64,000 bases of DNA from contig CAWFCE010000002.1 in assembly GCA_963814275.1 (NCBI GenBank), positions 939,263 to 1,003,262 of the forward strand, in the 5' to 3' direction. A program made the position numbers and the translations under genes. Below, in pieces: positions 62,985-64,000 of this stretch (its first letter is position 1; each line of letters starts with the position of its first letter). The stretch comes from Candidatus Parcubacteria bacterium (GTDB lineage: Bacteria > Patescibacteriota > Patescibacteriia > Patescibacteriales > UBA12075). The notes beneath the pieces were generated by a model. It saw only the letters and a program-made list of their open reading frames with translations, ran no database searches and had not been told where the DNA came from.

Positions 62985-63971
62985 ATGCGATTAGGTGAAA
63001 TTAAAAAAATTATTGAGGAGGTTTTGGGAGAGGATAATAAAATAAACATAAATCATGAACCTGTATATGGAGGTCAAGCACAAAATGTAAATAATTTTGT
63101 TGAGTTAAAATCGGCCCTCGAAATATTAAATGACCAAAGCTGGAACAATGCTGATTCTGGACAAATACAAACTATTTTAGATAAATATGATGTAATTGGA
63201 AATCCGGTTCAATTATCGCAAGAAGAATTTAATCAGTTTAATTCCTATGTGTCATCATTAAATACAAATATCCCTTTATATGTTGGCATCCTCAACACAA
63301 TGGTCGAAGAGCAGAACGAATATTGTATTAATATCAAATTGCCCGATAATGAATATACACTTGCCAAACTCGAAACCCTGAATAAAAGGTTAAATAAAAT
63401 TTTAAAAAAGTTTAATTTCGACGGTGAATTTGTATTTAAAGGATTTGATATTGGTACAAGTTGGTATGTACTTTGTGCAAATGGTTTTTTGACTTATAAT
63501 TTTTTTATAGCATGCCTAAAAATTGCTCAGGAATATTATAAAACAAAAGAGGAATATTATAAATCAAAAAAAGCAGAACTGGACTATAAGGCGTCATTAG
63601 AAAATACGAATAAAGATTTTAGCAAGGAAGGACTCGAAAAATATACAGTAAAACGGCTTGAATTAATTATCGAGGAAAAAGTGCAAGAAGCAATTGCCGA
63701 AATTAATAACACCAAAGGAAAAACAAAAGAAGAAACGCATACGCAATTAATTATTGCGACAAAAGATTTAGTAAAAGAGCTGGATGATGGTGTAGAGTTT
63801 CATCTTTCACTTAACCCGCCGGTGTATACCAACGAAATTAACGGCGAGTTGAAATTAGACTACATTAAATTAAAGGAAATAAAATCCAAAAACACAAAAC
63901 CTAAAAGTTTAAAATCACCAGCCGATTCAGGGAATGTTTCAGCTGATGACGTATCTGAGGATGCCAAATAG
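62985..63971 (+). CDS. Hypothetical protein (AT-rich, Lys/Asn/Glu-rich)
   Basis: 328-aa ORF. Its composition is markedly more AT-rich than the core genes. One internal hydrophobic stretch (WYVLCANGFLTYNFFIACL). No recognised motif. Confidence 0.55.
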   Translation: MRLGEIKKIIEEVLGEDNKININHEPVYGGQAQNVNNFVELKSALEILNDQSWNNADSGQIQTILDKYDVIGNPVQLSQEEFNQFNSYVSSLNTNIPLYVGILNTMVEEQNEYCINIKLPDNEYTLAKLETLNKRLNKILKKFNFDGEFVFKGFDIGTSWYVLCANGFLTYNFFIACLKIAQEYYKTKEEYYKSKKAELDYKASLENTNKDFSKEGLEKYTVKRLELIIEEKVQEAIAEINNTKGKTKEETHTQLIIATKDLVKELDDGVEFHLSLNPPVYTNEINGELKLDYIKLKEIKSKNTKPKSLKSPADSGNVSADDVSEDAK

Positions 63972-64000
63972 CCAAACACAAAAAAATATTCCAACAGGTT

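Overview
The window reads like a small-genome uncultivated bacterium with a Gram-positive-type envelope, possibly Patescibacteria/CPR-like. That placement is an inference from gene content: sortase plus LAETG-anchored proteins, pilin-like domains, a [FeFe]-hydrogenase, tRNAs without encoded CCA next to a cca gene, and the standard code with TGA used as a stop. No database search was possible; all calls rest on motifs visible in the supplied translations and on manual reading of the DNA.

Bases 1-49 kb hold mostly intact genes:
- Two large LAETG-anchored multidomain surface proteins.
- A five-gene + strand operon (6.0-13.4 kb) of glycine-rich 'ANTG-repeat' secreted proteins. One is fused to a vWA domain and one is 1091 aa with DUF11 repeats. 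The operon ends in a sortase.
- A minus-strand ica/pga-like exopolysaccharide locus (13.5-19.2 kb): GT2 synthase, a small 2-TM protein, a CE4 deacetylase with four CBM-like repeats, and a clan GH-A-like hydrolase.
- Housekeeping genes: mnmA, rpsB, tsf, PSP1/RicT-like, gap, cca, cyclophilin, and an MTH1-like Nudix gene with an apparent frameshift.
- A [FeFe]-hydrogenase module: NuoF-like flavoprotein, HydA, and a TM1266-like small regulator.
- A Cache/HAMP histidine kinase, and two fibre-like secreted proteins.
- tRNA-Ala(CGC) followed by two perfect 98-bp repeats that each re-copy the tRNA 3' end, then tRNA-Pro(CGG).
- A CheB-CheR-PAS fusion followed by a PAS protein whose kinase core has lost its catalytic residues.

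Bases 49-64 kb look accessory:
- Single-gene cassettes separated by a conserved terminator-promoter junction.
- An orphan promoter-to-terminator unit with no credible ORF.
- A heavily decayed defence island: radC x2, hsdM x2, hsdS, rhuM, fic and an AlbA_2/HATPase_c_4 gene, all frameshifted or truncated.
- AT-rich hypothetical genes.

Almost every intergenic spacer is filled with families of short word repeats and palindromes. One such word tract sits in frame inside cca.
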